From the human T2T-CHM13v2.0 reference genome, Homo sapiens, in NCBI RefSeq assembly GCF_009914755.1, contig NC_060940.1: a stretch of 64,000 bases of DNA; one strand, written 5' to 3'. Both the position numbers and the translations under genes were made by a program. Below, piece by piece: positions 41,598-54,620 of this stretch (positions are counted from its first letter, which is position 1; every line of letters starts with the position of its first letter). The notes under the pieces were generated by a model that saw nothing but the letters and a program-made list of their open reading frames with translations, had not been told where the DNA came from and ran no database searches.

Positions 41598-41879
41598 TTA
41601 ATCAAAAACTATGCATTAAGACCTCTGTGAACAAACACTGTGTGAGGAAATAGGGATACAATGGCAGAGAAGGGACAGGACAGAATAGAACAGGACAGCA
41701 AAGGAAAGGAAAGAAAACAGAGGAAGGAAGATAGGAAGGGAAGTGAAGGGAAGACCCAAAGCCATTGTCCATGCTGGCATGGAGTGGACAGGCCCGGAGG
41801 GGAAGCAATGTTAAATTAACGTGAAGTGCTAAGAGGAAGAGGTGCACGGAATTAGAAGAGAATAGAATGGGCAAGATTG

Positions 41880-42230
41880 ACCAGGTCATGAAGCTTCTTT
41901 GAGGAAGTGACAATTGAGAATGAGAATAAGTATGTCTGTCTGTTCTAGCAGAGGTAGCAGCAGATGCAAAGATCCTGCTAGAAGAGGGAGGTTAAGGGTT
42001 CATGTAGCTCAAATCATGTAGCTCACAGGGCTGTATGGCAGGCACAGAGAGAGAGGGGAAGCCAGGCAAGCTTCTGGGGCTGGATAAGCAGAAAGATCTT
42101 TGAGACCCTGAGAAAGAATAAGGTCTCCATCCTGTGAGCAAATAAGCAATGTGATGGTGGTCTTATTCGACAGGCAGAGTGATATGGTCATCTTCGCCTT
42201 CTGTCCCCTTCTCTGGCTGGCTCCTGAGAG
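41880..42230 (-). mobile_element. L2 fragment
   Basis: GCTTCTTTGAGGAAGTGACAATTGAG..GCAGAGGTAGCAGCAGATGCAAAGATCCTG..GCAGAGTGATATGGTCA. Confidence 0.65.
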
Positions 42231-43209
42231 GCAAGGCAGGAATGTGTTACCCCTCCTGGTAGAGTGGCCAGCTTGACAAATACCAGTGGTGGTAGGGATG
42301 GAAAAAGTGTGTTAGATGGAGTGAGGGCAAGGGATCAGGCTAGTGATAGCAACCAGCAGGTGCCAGGTATTTCCTTTGAGAGCTTCCTCCCATTCTCTCT
42401 CTAACTGAATGGCACAGCATCCCTTGATGGGGTCTATTGTTGGACCACCTGGAAGACAATGAGTCTTGCACAGAGTTAAGGGACCGGCCGACAGTCACCT
42501 ATCAAACAAACATCAGAACCAAGGCAACCGTCCAGGTCCCCTGAGAATCCAGTGAATGCCCTCCGTCTTCTTAGTCAACTGGTGATGACGAGGCTGGCGT
42601 GACAAGGCTGGTGTGACAATGCCTCCCAACTTGGATTTCGTTGACCACTACCTCCCCACCCAGGAACCAGAGGGCTCAAGTGACCCAGGCCATGGTGGCC
42701 GAAGAAGGAGCAGAGCCAGTGTATCTGCAGATGACCTCAGAGGTGACTCAGCCTTTCTGGCCACAGACACGTCCACCGGGCAATCACAGGGCTGAGTCCT
42801 TACCAGGGGTCAGCCAGGTTCACTTTCCATAGTCTTTGGTCCCTGCTATGGTGGGAGGGAAGGGCTCAGCCCTTCACTTTAACAAGGGGAACAGGAGACA
42901 GCCTCCCTTGGAAAAGGCCCAGGGCATATTCCAGATGGCAGCCTGGGTCAGGTGGAGTTATGATACCCCTCGTTGGTCCAGCTTTGGGCTCAGTTCTCAC
43001 AAAAGGGCCAGGGTGGGAGCTGCTCACACTGGCCTGCTGGTGATGATACTCCACAGCTAGAGCCGGTGGAGCAGCTGGCAGCTGCGGAAAAGGGGTGACA
43101 TGTGTGCATGTGCACGTGTGTGTGTGTGCATGTGTGTGAATGCATTTTCACTAAAAGCTACTTAACCAGAGAAAGGACCTGAAGGTCTGGCCTCCCAGCA
43201 GCATCAAGC

Positions 43210-43670
43210 ATGGTACAGCTGAACAGGATTTAGAACCAGGCAGATCTGGCTTTGCACCTTGGACCTGCCATTAGAAGTTCTGTGGCCCCAGGTAAGCTGC
43301 TCAACTTTCCTGCCTCAATTTATTATCTATAAAAATGGACATCATGCTTCTTGGCCTGATTGCCTGATTAGACTTTTATGAAAATTAACCTGATAAATAA
43401 GTCAAAGAATTTAGCATGAGACGTGGTATAGATACCAGATAAAAGCCAGTTTCCTCCAGGAACAGTGATCTCTTTAAAGGCTGTGTTCAAACCCCACCCC
43501 TGCCACTACTTGCTGTGTGACCCTGGGCAAGTGTTTTGACCTCTCTGTGCCTCAGTTTTCTCACCTTTAAACAGAAATAATAATACTACTTGCCTCATAG
43601 GGTTGTTTGAGGAGTAAATATGTTAAGATACTCAAAGTCATACGACAGCGATTGGCACACAGGAAGTACT
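43210..43670 (+). mobile_element. Two adjacent MIR SINEs (~43210-43450 and ~43480-43670)
   Basis: GCCTCAATTTATTATCTATAAAAATGG and GCTGTGTGACCCTGGGCAAGT..CCTCTCTGTGCCTCAGTTTTCTCA cores. Confidence 0.82.
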
Positions 43671-44824
43671 GCTCTTTCCTTCTCTGTCACCCATTTGTTG
43701 TGATTTTATGACCAGTTATTTGTATTTATTTATTTATTTTTTACACAGATGCTCTGACTCTCCAAACAGGCTGAATGCTCCTTGAGGACCAGAGCTGAGT
43801 TTTATCATTCTGATAACCGTCTCTGAGCCCAGCACATAACAACAGTCCTACAACTGTACATGAAGTACACATTGAATTTAGTTGTAGTAAGTCCATGAGC
43901 ACAAACTGACAATCTGAGACAACAAAAGTTTATAAGAAAAAGGTTTTTTTAAAAATATCTCTTGAAAACCTTAAGATCAGGTGATTTAAAAGCACCACTA
44001 TTACACTTGCAATGTGTCTTCTCTGAGCAGGAAGATCTGTCGGGTTCCTCTTGAATCTTCCTTCTGTCCAAAAGATTTAATACAACTAAAAGCAGCACAC
44101 AGACTCGGTGTCTTGCCAAACAGAAGTAAGCTACAAATGGCCCAGGGGCGGCCAGTGGCTGGCAGAGAGCATATGAATGAATTAGCAAATTAGCAGAAAG
44201 GACTTCTGCTGAAAAACTAATAAAGCATCCATCCAATAATGGGATACATTTTTAACTGATGGAACTCTATAAGGATCTTGCAGACAAAAAATCTGGACCA
44301 CTGTGGATAATGGGAGGAATTTTGGGAGCACTTATTGATTGCTTCAACACACATCACAGAGAAAAGAAAAGGTCAAAAGAGATAATAAACCTGATTACGG
44401 AGTGTCTCGCATGACTCTCCAATAACTATCGCTTCCATGCTCACCCATAACTTTCCCTGCCAGCTCAGGAACCCCTCTTTTCATGTGGGGCTCATCTCCC
44501 TTGATTGTTAGAGGCAGAAATATAGTGATAGGCAAGAGAAGCATTTCTGGTTCCCCTATAGTTCCAAATTAGTAGCTGCAGAATGAGAAAATGAAATTTA
44601 TGTAAAATAAAGAAAACCAACTTTTTCAAAATGGTTATTTTCACTCACATTTTGAAAAAGTTTTGAAAGTGATCTTAGATTCGCCCTGGTCATTTTATTT
44701 TATTTTATTTTTAACTCTTAGGACAATCTGAGAAAATACAGATGTAAGCCATGTGTTTTTCACATCTAAAACATAAACATAACAATATTTTACCCAAAGA
44801 CTGATTTCATATCACCCTGATTTC

Positions 44825-45050
44825 AGTACCTAGGTTCTAGGAAATAAGTTCTGTGAGACAAAAAGATTCTCCCGCATAAGAAGGTTCTGCAGACAATGCT
44901 GTTTGGTTATTGCTCATTCAACCCAAGTTACGCAGCTATCTTTAGAGCAGGACTTACCAGTGCCTTTAATATGCTAATTAATAATTGGCTTTATGAGTCT
45001 CCGAGACAGAGAGAGAGCATAAAATATTTCTTAAATTCATTTGACCACTA
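44825..45050. mobile_element. Probable ancient hAT-Charlie-type fragment
   Basis: GCCTTTAATATGCTAAT..ATTTCTTAAATTCATTTGACCAC resembles recalled old MER elements; family uncertain. Confidence 0.35.
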
Positions 45051-45539
45051 GCTTTCCTCTGTAACATTACTTGGAAGAATAATTAACTATCCTAAAAGAA
45101 ATCAATCCTGTTGCTTTTCACCTTGGGTGGGATAGAGCTACGTGTTTGAGAAATAAAGTTTATTGCAGATCATACTCGTAGCTACTCCATGGCCATCTGA
45201 CTTGTGGAGGTCCCCCTCCACCTCCTACAAGGTGGATTTTGAGTAGACTAGTCAACAAATTCTAAGCAGTCCATCCTAAATCTGCTGCCCAGATTTTGTA
45301 CAGCTTAAGTCAGTGGTTTTGACTTGGTGGTCGAGGTGAGAGAGGTTGGGGAGGCCTAAAGTTCCACTCCTTTTTGCAAAGAACATCTATTGAAATCTCC
45401 TCCAAAACACTGTTTTATATACTTTCACAAAGACCTTTTAATTAGGTAAGTAGGACCCATTCAGTTATAGAACCTCCAGATTTTAATGCTAAGAACATTG
45501 TCTCTAATGATGAACTAGTGCAAAAAAAAAAAAAAAAAA

Positions 45540-45797
45540 TTCCCATGTGACTCCAGTTTCGTGAAGTTCAACGTCAGGCAAAACTAATCTATGATGATAA
45601 TAGTCAGAGTAGTGGTTTTTTAAGGCAGGCATCGACGGAAAGCAGCCTGAGGGAGCCCTCTTGGGTGTTGAGAATATTCTATATTTTGATCTGAGTGGTG
45701 GATATATGGGTATATGTGCCTATACAAATTCGTGGGCCTATTATGCACTTAAGAATTGCACATCTTATTGTATTATTTAATCTCAATTAAAAAATTA
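45540..45797 (+). mobile_element. L1ME-like 3' end
   Basis: CAGGCAAAACTAATCTATGATGAT..AGTCAGAGTAGTGGTT..TTCTATATTTTGATCTGAGTGGTGG..CACTTAAGA. Confidence 0.8.
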
Positions 45798-46684
45798 AGT
45801 AAAAGAACCTAAATGATTGAAAGAAGGCATTTTTTCTGTTTGGGGGCAATCCTGAAATGGTTTTTAAAATGAAGAAAAAGAACAGGAAGAAAAAGCCCCG
45901 TTGTCCGTTTGGATCCACTCCAAAGATATGAATAATTCTCATATACCCTTCGGGGAAAAAATCCTATTTTATTACCCAATATGCAAAAGGTTAATGTGAA
46001 GGGAAGGCAGAGGAAAAGATGGCTCACTGTCCACATAGACCTAATGCTTCTCAACTTCGGAGACTACATCCTTGGCCAGGACCCTGGGTGACTCTGGAGC
46101 ACCCCAAGTTGTTGGGAATCCCCGTGGTTGCTAAGAATCCCTCCCCCTTGCTCTTGATGGTAAACAGCTCTGCTTTCATCTCTGCGTATGGATGAAGATT
46201 TCCAGCCTGCATTTTAAATGAGAATCTTTCCACGCAGGGGATAAGGCCCTGTGCTCACAATGCTCAGGTTAAGAAACTACAAGGAAATTAGACAGCCTGT
46301 CAATCCATTTATCTGAAAGGGATGTGGTTACAAATCAGTGGGAGAACTATTTGCATCAAGCATCGAAAAGTAGAAGTCTCAAGACTTAAAAAGTCTGTCC
46401 CTGGAGACCTGGAGTGACGCATTGGCACGCCTGGCGCTGCCACCACGGATAACTCATCCTGCTCATTTTGAGTTAGAAGAGCACGCAGAGGGAGAGAGCT
46501 GGGTTCTGTCTTGTGCCAGCCAGCCAGGGTACCCCTTGTGAACCTGCCTTTTCCTCCAATTAATGAAGAAAATCAAACCTTGTGAGGACTTTAGGGGACC
46601 AGGAAGGAGAAAAACACCTCGTGTTGGGTGTCCAGAAATGTTAGGTCCTCTCCTCTCACCCCCTTACTCTCCAGGTGCAGGTAG

Positions 46685-46915
46685 GAGGCTCTGGGGCGAG
46701 ACTGCTTGGGATTGGAGCTTGGTCCTGCCACCTAGTACACTGGTGACCTTGGGTGGCAAGTTCTGGAGCCCACATAATCACTCTATGTAAATGGAAGTCT
46801 ATAATGTAACATTCCACCAACACCCAGGTTTACTCTGAGGATGGCATTAACAAAACAAGGAACGGGTCGAACATGCTATCTGGATCACAGATGGTGCTCC
46901 TCACATTGTAGGCTG
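46685..46915 (+). mobile_element. MIR SINE
   Basis: GGCTCTGGGGCGAGACTGCTTGGG..GTGACCTTGGG..CTATGTAAATGG. Confidence 0.6.
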
Positions 46916-47389
46916 CTAGAATTATTTTATTATTAATATTATTACCATTATTAGAGAGACTGAAGGAGTCAGTCTTCAAGTTAGGCAGCTTTCAAGGGGA
47001 CAATGCATCTCAGCCATTTATAAGTTAATTTATCCTGTGTCTTGCTATGTCAGAGGCACCCTTAGAGAATGCAGTGCACAAAGCAGCTTTCCTACCTCTC
47101 GTTCATCAACCTTCCGGGAGCATATCATGAGGACTAATATTCCCTTGAACGTCACCTCAATTAAAAAGTTAATTAAGAAGAACTGAAATGACTGAAAGGA
47201 GGCTCTAGTGTCATGCCCTAGGCAAGAATAAGGCAGGATCATCTCTCCTTCCAGACTTTTCTACTGCCCTGTTGGCCTTTCAGGGCAGAGAACATAGTGC
47301 CATGAAGCCAGAGGGAGAGATGAACTACCTCAACTACTCAACTTAATTTGTTGATGCCTGAAACTAGAGAAACGTGGCAACTATTCAAA

Positions 47390-47690
47390 ATCATTTATTC
47401 ATCTCTCTACCCATCCATCCATCTATCCATCCACTTACCCATCCATCCACTCATCCACCCATCCACCCATCCCCACACATCCATCCACCTATCCACACAT
47501 CCATTTATCCATCCATCTATTCCTCTATCTATCCATCCATTTGCCCATCCATCTACTCATCCATCTATTTATCCAGCAATTTATTCATTCATCCACCCAC
47601 TCACACATCCATCTATTTATCCATCCATTTATTCATTCATCCATCCACCCATTCATCTATTTATCCATCCATCCATCTATCCATCCATCC
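47390..47690. repeat. (TCCA)n degenerate tract at an L2 tail
   Basis: Direct reading. Confidence 0.93.
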
Positions 47691-48500
47691 TTTGTGTACT
47701 GAATATGTGTTATGCATCAGTTCCCGTGATAAGAGTTGGGGATATAAAGCTGAGTAAGAGGAGTTGATTCCCTGGGGGAAATTCTCAGAAAGAGAGCAGA
47801 CAAGCAATCTTACTGCATGAGGGAAGGGCAACAGTAGAGGGAGGAACTTCCCTGTTGGGGAACAGAAGTACCTAATTCAGTCTAAGTGATCAGGGAAGCT
47901 CCTTAGAGGAGGAAACATCTCAGACTGAAAGAAAGTGGTGGAGAGGAGATCCAGAGAGAAAAGACAACATGGCCAAAGAGATGGCCCGAGAAGCTGAATG
48001 TTAAACTTCCTTGCAGGGCAGAAGATGAGGGCAAAATAGAAGGCAAAGCTTCAGGGTACGGAAAGTGTTCTGCTCTGACAAAAGTCCTTGTGGTTTATCT
48101 GGTAGGAGACAGAGGGCCAGGTGGAATGGGTCTGTGTGAAACGCAGCCAGCTTAGCTTTTCTAACGGTGACTCTGGGCAGGTTGGAAAGAGACAAGGGTG
48201 GTCAGGGCCCCGGCAATGTCCAGAAGCTGAGCAGTGATGAAGGCCTGAAGAGGAGGGCAGGCACCCTAGAAATGCTCAGGAGGTAGAGCATAAGGTAGAT
48301 GGAAAAAAGCTAACAAGGATGAAAGCCATCATCTCATGAGGAAAGACAAGTTGGTTTGGAACGGGTGTGTCTAAGTGTCTACACCTGTGTGTGGCAAGGT
48401 AGCGTGGTCCAGGAGGCAGTTATATTTCAAATCAAAAGCAGATAGAGTGAAAAGATAAAAAGGGCCAACGATGACCCATCAGGGAACCCTAATGTTGAAA
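47691..48500 (-). mobile_element. Degraded L2 fragment
   Basis: ACTGAATATGTGTTATGCATCAG..TTGGGGATATAAAG..ATCAGGGAAGCTCCTTAGAGGAGG..CAACATGGCCAAAG. Confidence 0.6.
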
Positions 48501-50559
48501 TGGCAGTGATTCTGCAGGTGATCTGCCTGAACTGCTGTGCGTCTTTAAAATATCCTGGACACAGGCACGGCTGGAAATCTCCCTTCGTCTTGATAGAATA
48601 GCCAGCCTTTCAAACGAGGCAGGAATAAAAACATCACCCCAGAGACTGAGATCCATCAAAACTTTCTATACCCAAGGAAACCCAAGACCTGTGTGGGCTG
48701 GGCGAGCAGCCTGTGGAGATGCTGTAGAGGGGATTCCTCTTCCTGAAAGCACTAGCTGAGCTTTAAGAGTCTCTGGTTTTAATTAGATAAATAAATTATG
48801 ATACACTCATACAATGCAACTCACTGCAGCCTTTAAAAAGAAAGAGACAGATCTATATGCACTGACATAAACAGATACCTCAGATATATGGTTAAATGAA
48901 TATAGAAGTATATGCATGCACACATACACAGACACACACACACACATGCATAAATATATTATAAGACTTAGAAAAATGTATGCCAGACTGTTACAGAGAT
49001 TGGAAAGTGGTACATAGTACTTTCACTCTCAAAGTTCTATGCATTAAGAAATACAGATAAATATTTGTTTTGTACTGAGAACAAAACAGTGACCATAATG
49101 CAGTGAAGGTAACACAGTTCTGCTATTTCTAACTGTCCAGGTCTCACTCTTGGGCTGTCATGTTCCCCAGAAATGGGCTCTGTGATGTCAGAGATGAATG
49201 GAGAAGGAAGAGGCGGGGTGATTTACTGAGGATGTTTTCTGGCATTATGATCAGATGAGACGCCCAAAGTGTGATAACCAAGGGAACCACAAACACAAGC
49301 TAGGGAAATCACGTTGAGAATCAGAGAAAATGGTGATGAGAATCAATAAATGGAAACAAGTCACAGATAGTCTGAATTCCGAAAGGATAGAACGGAAAGG
49401 GAAGGTGAGAAGGGGAGGGTAAGCAGTTCGAGATAGGATGGGGTTATTGAGACCCAGCAGCCTGATATCCCGTGGAGCTTACTATGTGCTTTCAGGGCAG
49501 GCCTGACGGCTGAAAACAGCAGTGAGGACCAGACTCAAAGGCACATCAGTAATATTACAAATGGGGCAAACACCAGCCTGAGTGGGCAGTTAGAGGAACC
49601 GAGAGATTGGGAGGTAGTAGCTGCCTCATGAAATTAACCAGAACTTAGATGTGGATAGAACCCTTGGTCTGCCAAACAAACCAGCAAACAAAAGTCTTCT
49701 CCTGTGGCATCTGATTGCATTCTTCATGCAGGTTCTTCTTTGTTGAACACAAGAAACAGGCAGAGAGCCAGCTTCGCAGTCTCGAGTCCCAGTCAGTTCT
49801 GAAGCTGTCACACCACTGCCCCATTTCCCCATAGTGAAATCAATCACCAACATCCCAGGTAGAACCATGGTTTCTAAGCCCTGGTATCCCCTGCCTCCCG
49901 GTGGTAAATAAGCCTGGATTTGCATGCACTGCTGCTATGCCCAGAATGCCCAGCGACTAACATGTAACAAAATAAAAAATATTCTGCTCCAGACAAGTAA
50001 ATTACGCCAACTGATGAACAATTTTTCTTGAGAAGATGTGCTTACCCAAATCTAATAAACCAAGCCCTGAAAAGTCTCTTCCTATGAGCCCTGGGATAGC
50101 ACTGGCTAGAGAGATAGGAAGTAGGTGATTGAGAATCTCTTCCTCTTAAAGAAATGGAGGAAAGGGGGATTTTAGTGAGAAGAATTTAGACCTACTCCGG
50201 CTGTGAGTGCAGCCCCTCTGCCCAGCCAGGCCTTCATAAACAACACGTCTCCTCTCCCACTTCTTTTCTACGTACCCGGAACTGACAATGAGGGCCTGAG
50301 AAGACCCCAGTCCAAGCTATTAATTAATTAATTCAAAGTCAAGCTCAAAATATTTTCCCCCAAGACCATATTGCAAAGATCTCTGTGAATAAAAAGAGCC
50401 TATCTAATAATAAAACAAAGTGCCTCCATGAGATAGAGCAGGCACGGGCATGAGAGTTGAGGACCGGGTGCCTAACGGTCTGCTCAAGCCAAGAGGCCCA
50501 GTGGACCTCTCAGACCACACATGAAGAATGCAGGCAGGGAGGCATTTATGAGACCCGCC

Positions 50560-50775
50560 TGGGGCTGGGATTAGGGTGAGGTGAGCGACGCATTCATTCC
50601 GGGTGCAAAATTTAAGGGAGCACCAACCAAAATTCAACACTATAATTAATACAAAAAGTCAAAACAAATGCAAAACAATCCATGATGTGCAACGTATCTG
50701 AATTTTAAAGAAAGACAGGATCTGACCCTGTATTTGGGCAATTTACATGGCTCAGCTCACCCTTACCCCAGCCCA
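50560..50775. mobile_element. MER53 (hAT MITE)
   Basis: TIRs GGGCTGGGATTAGGGTGAG / CTCACCCTTACCCCAGCCC; GGGTGCAAAATTTAAGGG, AAAGACAGGATCTGACCCTG. Confidence 0.82.
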
Positions 50776-51274
50776 TTTGTTCTATATATAGCAAAAGAAA
50801 AAAAAAAATGCTTTTGACTCAGCAATCCCCCATCCCAGGTCTAAACCCAACAGAAATGCATAGATAACAGTGTCACCAAAAGACACATATGGGAACTTTA
50901 TAGCAGCACCTTACCATAGCCCCAAAGCTTAAATGAATACAATGTCCATCAATCATGAAAAGGTTAAGTAAATTGTAGTCTACTCACACAACTGCCGTTC
51001 AGCAAGAAAAAAAAAACAACTATTGCTATATGCAACATGCAGCGAATCTCATAAACATACTCATGGGAGAAAGAGGCCAGACCCAAAAGGGAACATTCTT
51101 TAAGTCCATTTACATAAAATTCAAAAAACTGGCAATATTATTCTTTGGTGTTAGAAGTTAAGAGAGATATGAGATCATACTAGGAGGTTAGTGACTGGGA
51201 GGGCTATGAAGGGGGTCTGCAGAACTGGTTATGATCTATATCTTAACATAGGTGCTGGTTACATGGATGTTTTC

Positions 51275-51929
51275 TTTTTCTTTTTTTTTTTGGAGGTAGA
51301 GACTCACTCTGTCATCCAGGCTGGAGTGCAGTGGCACAACCTCAGCTCACTGCAACCTCATCTCAAGGGTTCAAGCAATTCTCCTGCTTCAGCCTCCTGA
51401 GTACTTGGGATTACAGGTGTGCACTACCATGCTCAGCTAATCTTTCTGTTTTTTTTTTTGTTTTGTTTTGTCTTGTTTTGTTTTGTTTTTTGTTTGTTTT
51501 TTTGTTTTTGTTTTTTTGAGACGGAGTCTCACTCTGTTGTCCAGGCTGGAGGACAGTGGCATGATCTCGACTCACTACAACCTTTGCCTCCTGGGTTGAA
51601 GCAATTCTGGGCCTCAGCCTCCCGAGTAGCCGGGATTACAGGTGCCTGCCACCACGCCCAGCTAATTTTTGTATTTTTAGTAGAGATGGGGTTTCACTAT
51701 CTTGGCCAGGCTGCTCTTGAACTCCTGACCTCATGATCCACCCACCTCAGCATCCGAAAGTGCTGGGATTACAGGAATGAGCCACCGCACCTGGCCTCTT
51801 TTTGTATTTTTAGTAGAGACAGGTTTTACCATGTTGGCCAGGCTGCTGTTGAACTCCTGATTTCAAGTGATTCTCCTGCCTTGGTCTCCCAAGTGCTGGG
51901 ATTACAGGCATGAGCCACTGTGCCCAGTC
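51275..51929 (-). mobile_element. Outer AluS split by a second Alu in its linker
   Basis: Right arm 51275-51448, left arm 51797-51929; TSD GGTTACATGGA(T/A)GTTTTC. Confidence 0.9.
51449..51796 (-). mobile_element. Inner AluS with long (TTTTG)n tail
   Basis: Full dimer inside the A-rich linker; flanks TCTTTCTG / TCTTTTTG. Confidence 0.9.
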
Positions 51930-52917
51930 TCGGTTACATGGAAGTTTTCACAAAATGAAAATCCATTGACCTGTGGTCTTTTATTTCACTAAGAAGACAA
52001 AAGAGTTGATAAAAGGGTGGAGCTAATGACAGCCACCTCAGCTTGCATTATGAGTATGTGCATTATGAGCATCATGAAAACATTTTCTTTGCTGGAAAGA
52101 AGACATCAATACTTCCTGAGAAAACAAGTTCCAAGGAAAGACTTTGCTTCCCCCAAAGCCTTATCAAGAGCAAAGACCTGCCCCTTAGTCTCTATTCTTG
52201 GTGGATGTGTATTCATGGAACTGGTTTTTTTTTTTTTTCCTTGAGGGCTACAATCCCAGGTTACATAAGGATTTCCCTGAAAATCAGGCTCTTTCAAAAA
52301 ACCCACGATTTATGATCCTTGGGTCATTTCCATGGTGACAGCAAATGAGAAATCTCTCCACTGCTATTTCCAAAGCCTTCTATCATGTTTAGCCTAGCCA
52401 GGAATCCAGAGCTGTTGAACACAGTTGTATTGGTTTTCCATTGCTGCCATAACAAATGACCATGAACTTTGTGGTGAAAAGCAACACAGATTTATTATAT
52501 TACAGTTCCACGGGTCAGAAGTCCAGTATGACTCTCACCTAATGAAAGCCAGGGAATTAGCAAGCTATGTTTCTTCCTGGAGGCACTGGGAAAAAATTGG
52601 GTTTGCCCATTCACAGGGTTGGCAGAATTTAGCTCCATGCAGTTGTAGGACTGAGGTCTCTGTTTCCTTGCTGGCTGTCAGCAGGAGTGGCTCTCACCTC
52701 CCAGAGGCCTCTCTCTTCTCCTTGTATAAAGCTTCCTATATCTCAGAAGTAGCCACAGGGAGTCAAATCATTCTCAAGCTTCCATCTCTGGGACCACACC
52801 CAAGACAGTTTCTCCACTTTTAAAGACTCATGTGATCCGATTGTATTCCCACCCCAGAGAATCCAGGATAATCTCCCACCTCAAGGTCTATAACCTCAAT
52901 CACATCTGCAAAGTTCC

Positions 52918-53892
52918 TAGGGGAAAAAAACCCCACTATTTCTCCACATAGTACTCACACCACACTTCTGACACCAAATGTGTAGGAGTTTTCCCACACT
53001 AACCAATCCTCTAATTCTCAGCAGACACTGACTGAGTGTCCCGGTAACCGCCTGGAGTTATGCAGATCCCGTAGATGAAGGGCTCAGTCCCATGAGACTG
53101 GTCCCATTTCAGACATCAGTCATAAGTCTGGGCCTCTGGGACATCTGACAAACTGGCTATAAATTGGGGGTTCCCAAGACTCCCTCCTTGGGTTCTATAA
53201 TTTGCTAGGGTGCCTCACAAAAAGTCAGAGAAATATTTATTTACATTCACCAGTTTATTGTAAAGGGTGCAACTTAGGAACAGCCAAATGGAAGCAACGC
53301 ATAAGGACAGGTATGGTGAGTAGGGTATGGAGCTTCCATTTTCCTCTCCAGGCGTGTCACCCCCCCAGACACCCTGGTGTGTTCACCAACCTAGAAGTTC
53401 TCTAAACCAGGTAGTTTACAGTTTTTACAGAGGCTCTATTTGGTAGGCGTGATTGATTAAATCATTGGTTATTGGTGATAGAATAGCAAAAGATGTGGCC
53501 AAACTCGGTGGCTCATGCCTGTAATCCCAGCACTTTGGGAGGCCAAGGTGAGAGGATTGCTTGAAACCAGCAGTTGGAGACCAGCCTAGACAACATAGTG
53601 AGACCCCATCCCTAAAAAAACATTTTTTTTTAAATGGGACATAGTGTCTTTCACCTGTAGTACCAGCTACTCAGGAAGCTGAGGTAGGAGGATCACTTGA
53701 GCCCAGGAGGTCAAGGTTGCAGTGAACCCTGATCACACCACCACACTCCAGACTAGGTGACAGAACTGTCTTAAAAAATAAATAAAAGATGCTCACCTTA
53801 CTTCTATCACTCAGGAAATTCTGAGAGTTTTAGAAGCTCTCATGCCAGAAACCAGGGTCAGAGACCACATATAGATTTCTTCTTATGCCACA
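52918..53892 (-). mobile_element. MER21-like LTR containing an AluJ
   Basis: ACTTCTGACACCAAATG, AGGGCTCAGTCCC, GGCTATAAATTGGGGGTTCCCA, TGATTGATTAAATCATTGG; 5-bp TSD GTTCC/GTTTC. Confidence 0.82.
53497..53784 (+). mobile_element. AluJ inside MER21
   Basis: GAGGATTGCTTGA / GGAGGATCACTTGAGCCCAGGAGGTCAAGG; TSD AAAAGATG. Confidence 0.9.
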
Positions 53893-54112
53893 GTTTCTTT
53901 TTGCCAGGTAATGTAACATTCACAGGTTCCAGAGATTAGGGCATGAATATTATTCTGCCTGCCGCGACTGTTAAAATGAAACTTTTCTCCTAGTTTTTAT
54001 ACTATCTCAGAATTTTGATGCTCAAAATTCTCCAGCTTCCCTTGTGCTGATGAAGAAAAAGAATTAAGACATGCATGGGACTTCTGCAAGGAGCAGAAAC
54101 AGTCTCTACACT

Positions 54113-54620
54113 GGTCCATTCGTTCAACAAATATTTGAGCACCAGCCACACGTCAAGCTTACTTCTGGGCACCATGGACACGGGAAGGAACAAATCAGAA
54201 ATATCTCTGCCTTTATGGAGTTTCTATTATAGTGTGATGGAGATAACACACACACAAAATAATTAAAATAAATGGCTTGATAGATGTTTTCTAAAATGAC
54301 TCCAGCAGATTTCCCCAGCTGACCCATGAGATAACCATAGTCTTGGCCACCATTTTTCTTGCAGCCTTGTGCGAGACCCTGAGCTAGAGGAGTTAGCTAA
54401 GCTATGCCCAACTTCCTGACCCACAAAAATTATGAGATAAAAATGTTGCTATTTTAAAGCCACTAAGTGTAGGAGTATTTGTTATGCAGCAGTAGCTAAC
54501 TAGTACGTGTCATGTCAGATGGAAATAAGTCTTAACTTTAAAAAAAATAGAGCAAAGAAAGAGAATAGGGAATTCCAGAGAAGAGTTTGGCTGCATTTTG
54601 GAAAAGGGTCATTTCGGAAG
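54113..54620 (-). mobile_element. L2 3' end interrupted by an MLT1 fragment (~54270-54505)
   Basis: CATTCGTTCAACAAATATTTGAGCACC; insert has GAGACCCTGAGCTAGAG..CTAAGCTATGCCCAACTTCCTGACCCACA..AAGCCACTAAG. Confidence 0.7.

Larger units (their letters stand above)
50810..51980 (+). mobile_element. L1ME/MD-like 3' end, interrupted by nested Alus
   Basis: TTTGACTCAGCAATCCC..CCCAACAGAAATGCAT..AATGTCCATCAA..AAAGAGGCCAGACCCAAAAG..GGTTACATGG. Confidence 0.8.
52426..53965 (-). mobile_element. MLT1E-like LTR split by MER21
   Basis: TGTATTGGTTTTCCATTGCTGCCATAACAAAT..TCACATCTGCAAAGTTCC | TTTTGCCAGGTAATGTAACATTCACAGGTTCC..ATTATTCTGCCTGCC. Confidence 0.82.

Noticed and set aside
40933-41653. Pro/Ser/Leu-rich ORFs and antisense Gly/Arg/Glu-rich ORFs
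   Set aside because: Translations of the polypyrimidine tract, which has almost no stop codons
46410-46450. Possible CTCF site (GGTGGCAGC on the minus strand) in a CpG-rich patch
   Set aside because: Only the 3' half of the motif matches; insufficient without ChIP data
47348-47767. His/Pro/Ser/Ile-rich ORFs (also 39931-40275 and 62870-63223)
   Set aside because: Translations of (TCCA)n simple repeats
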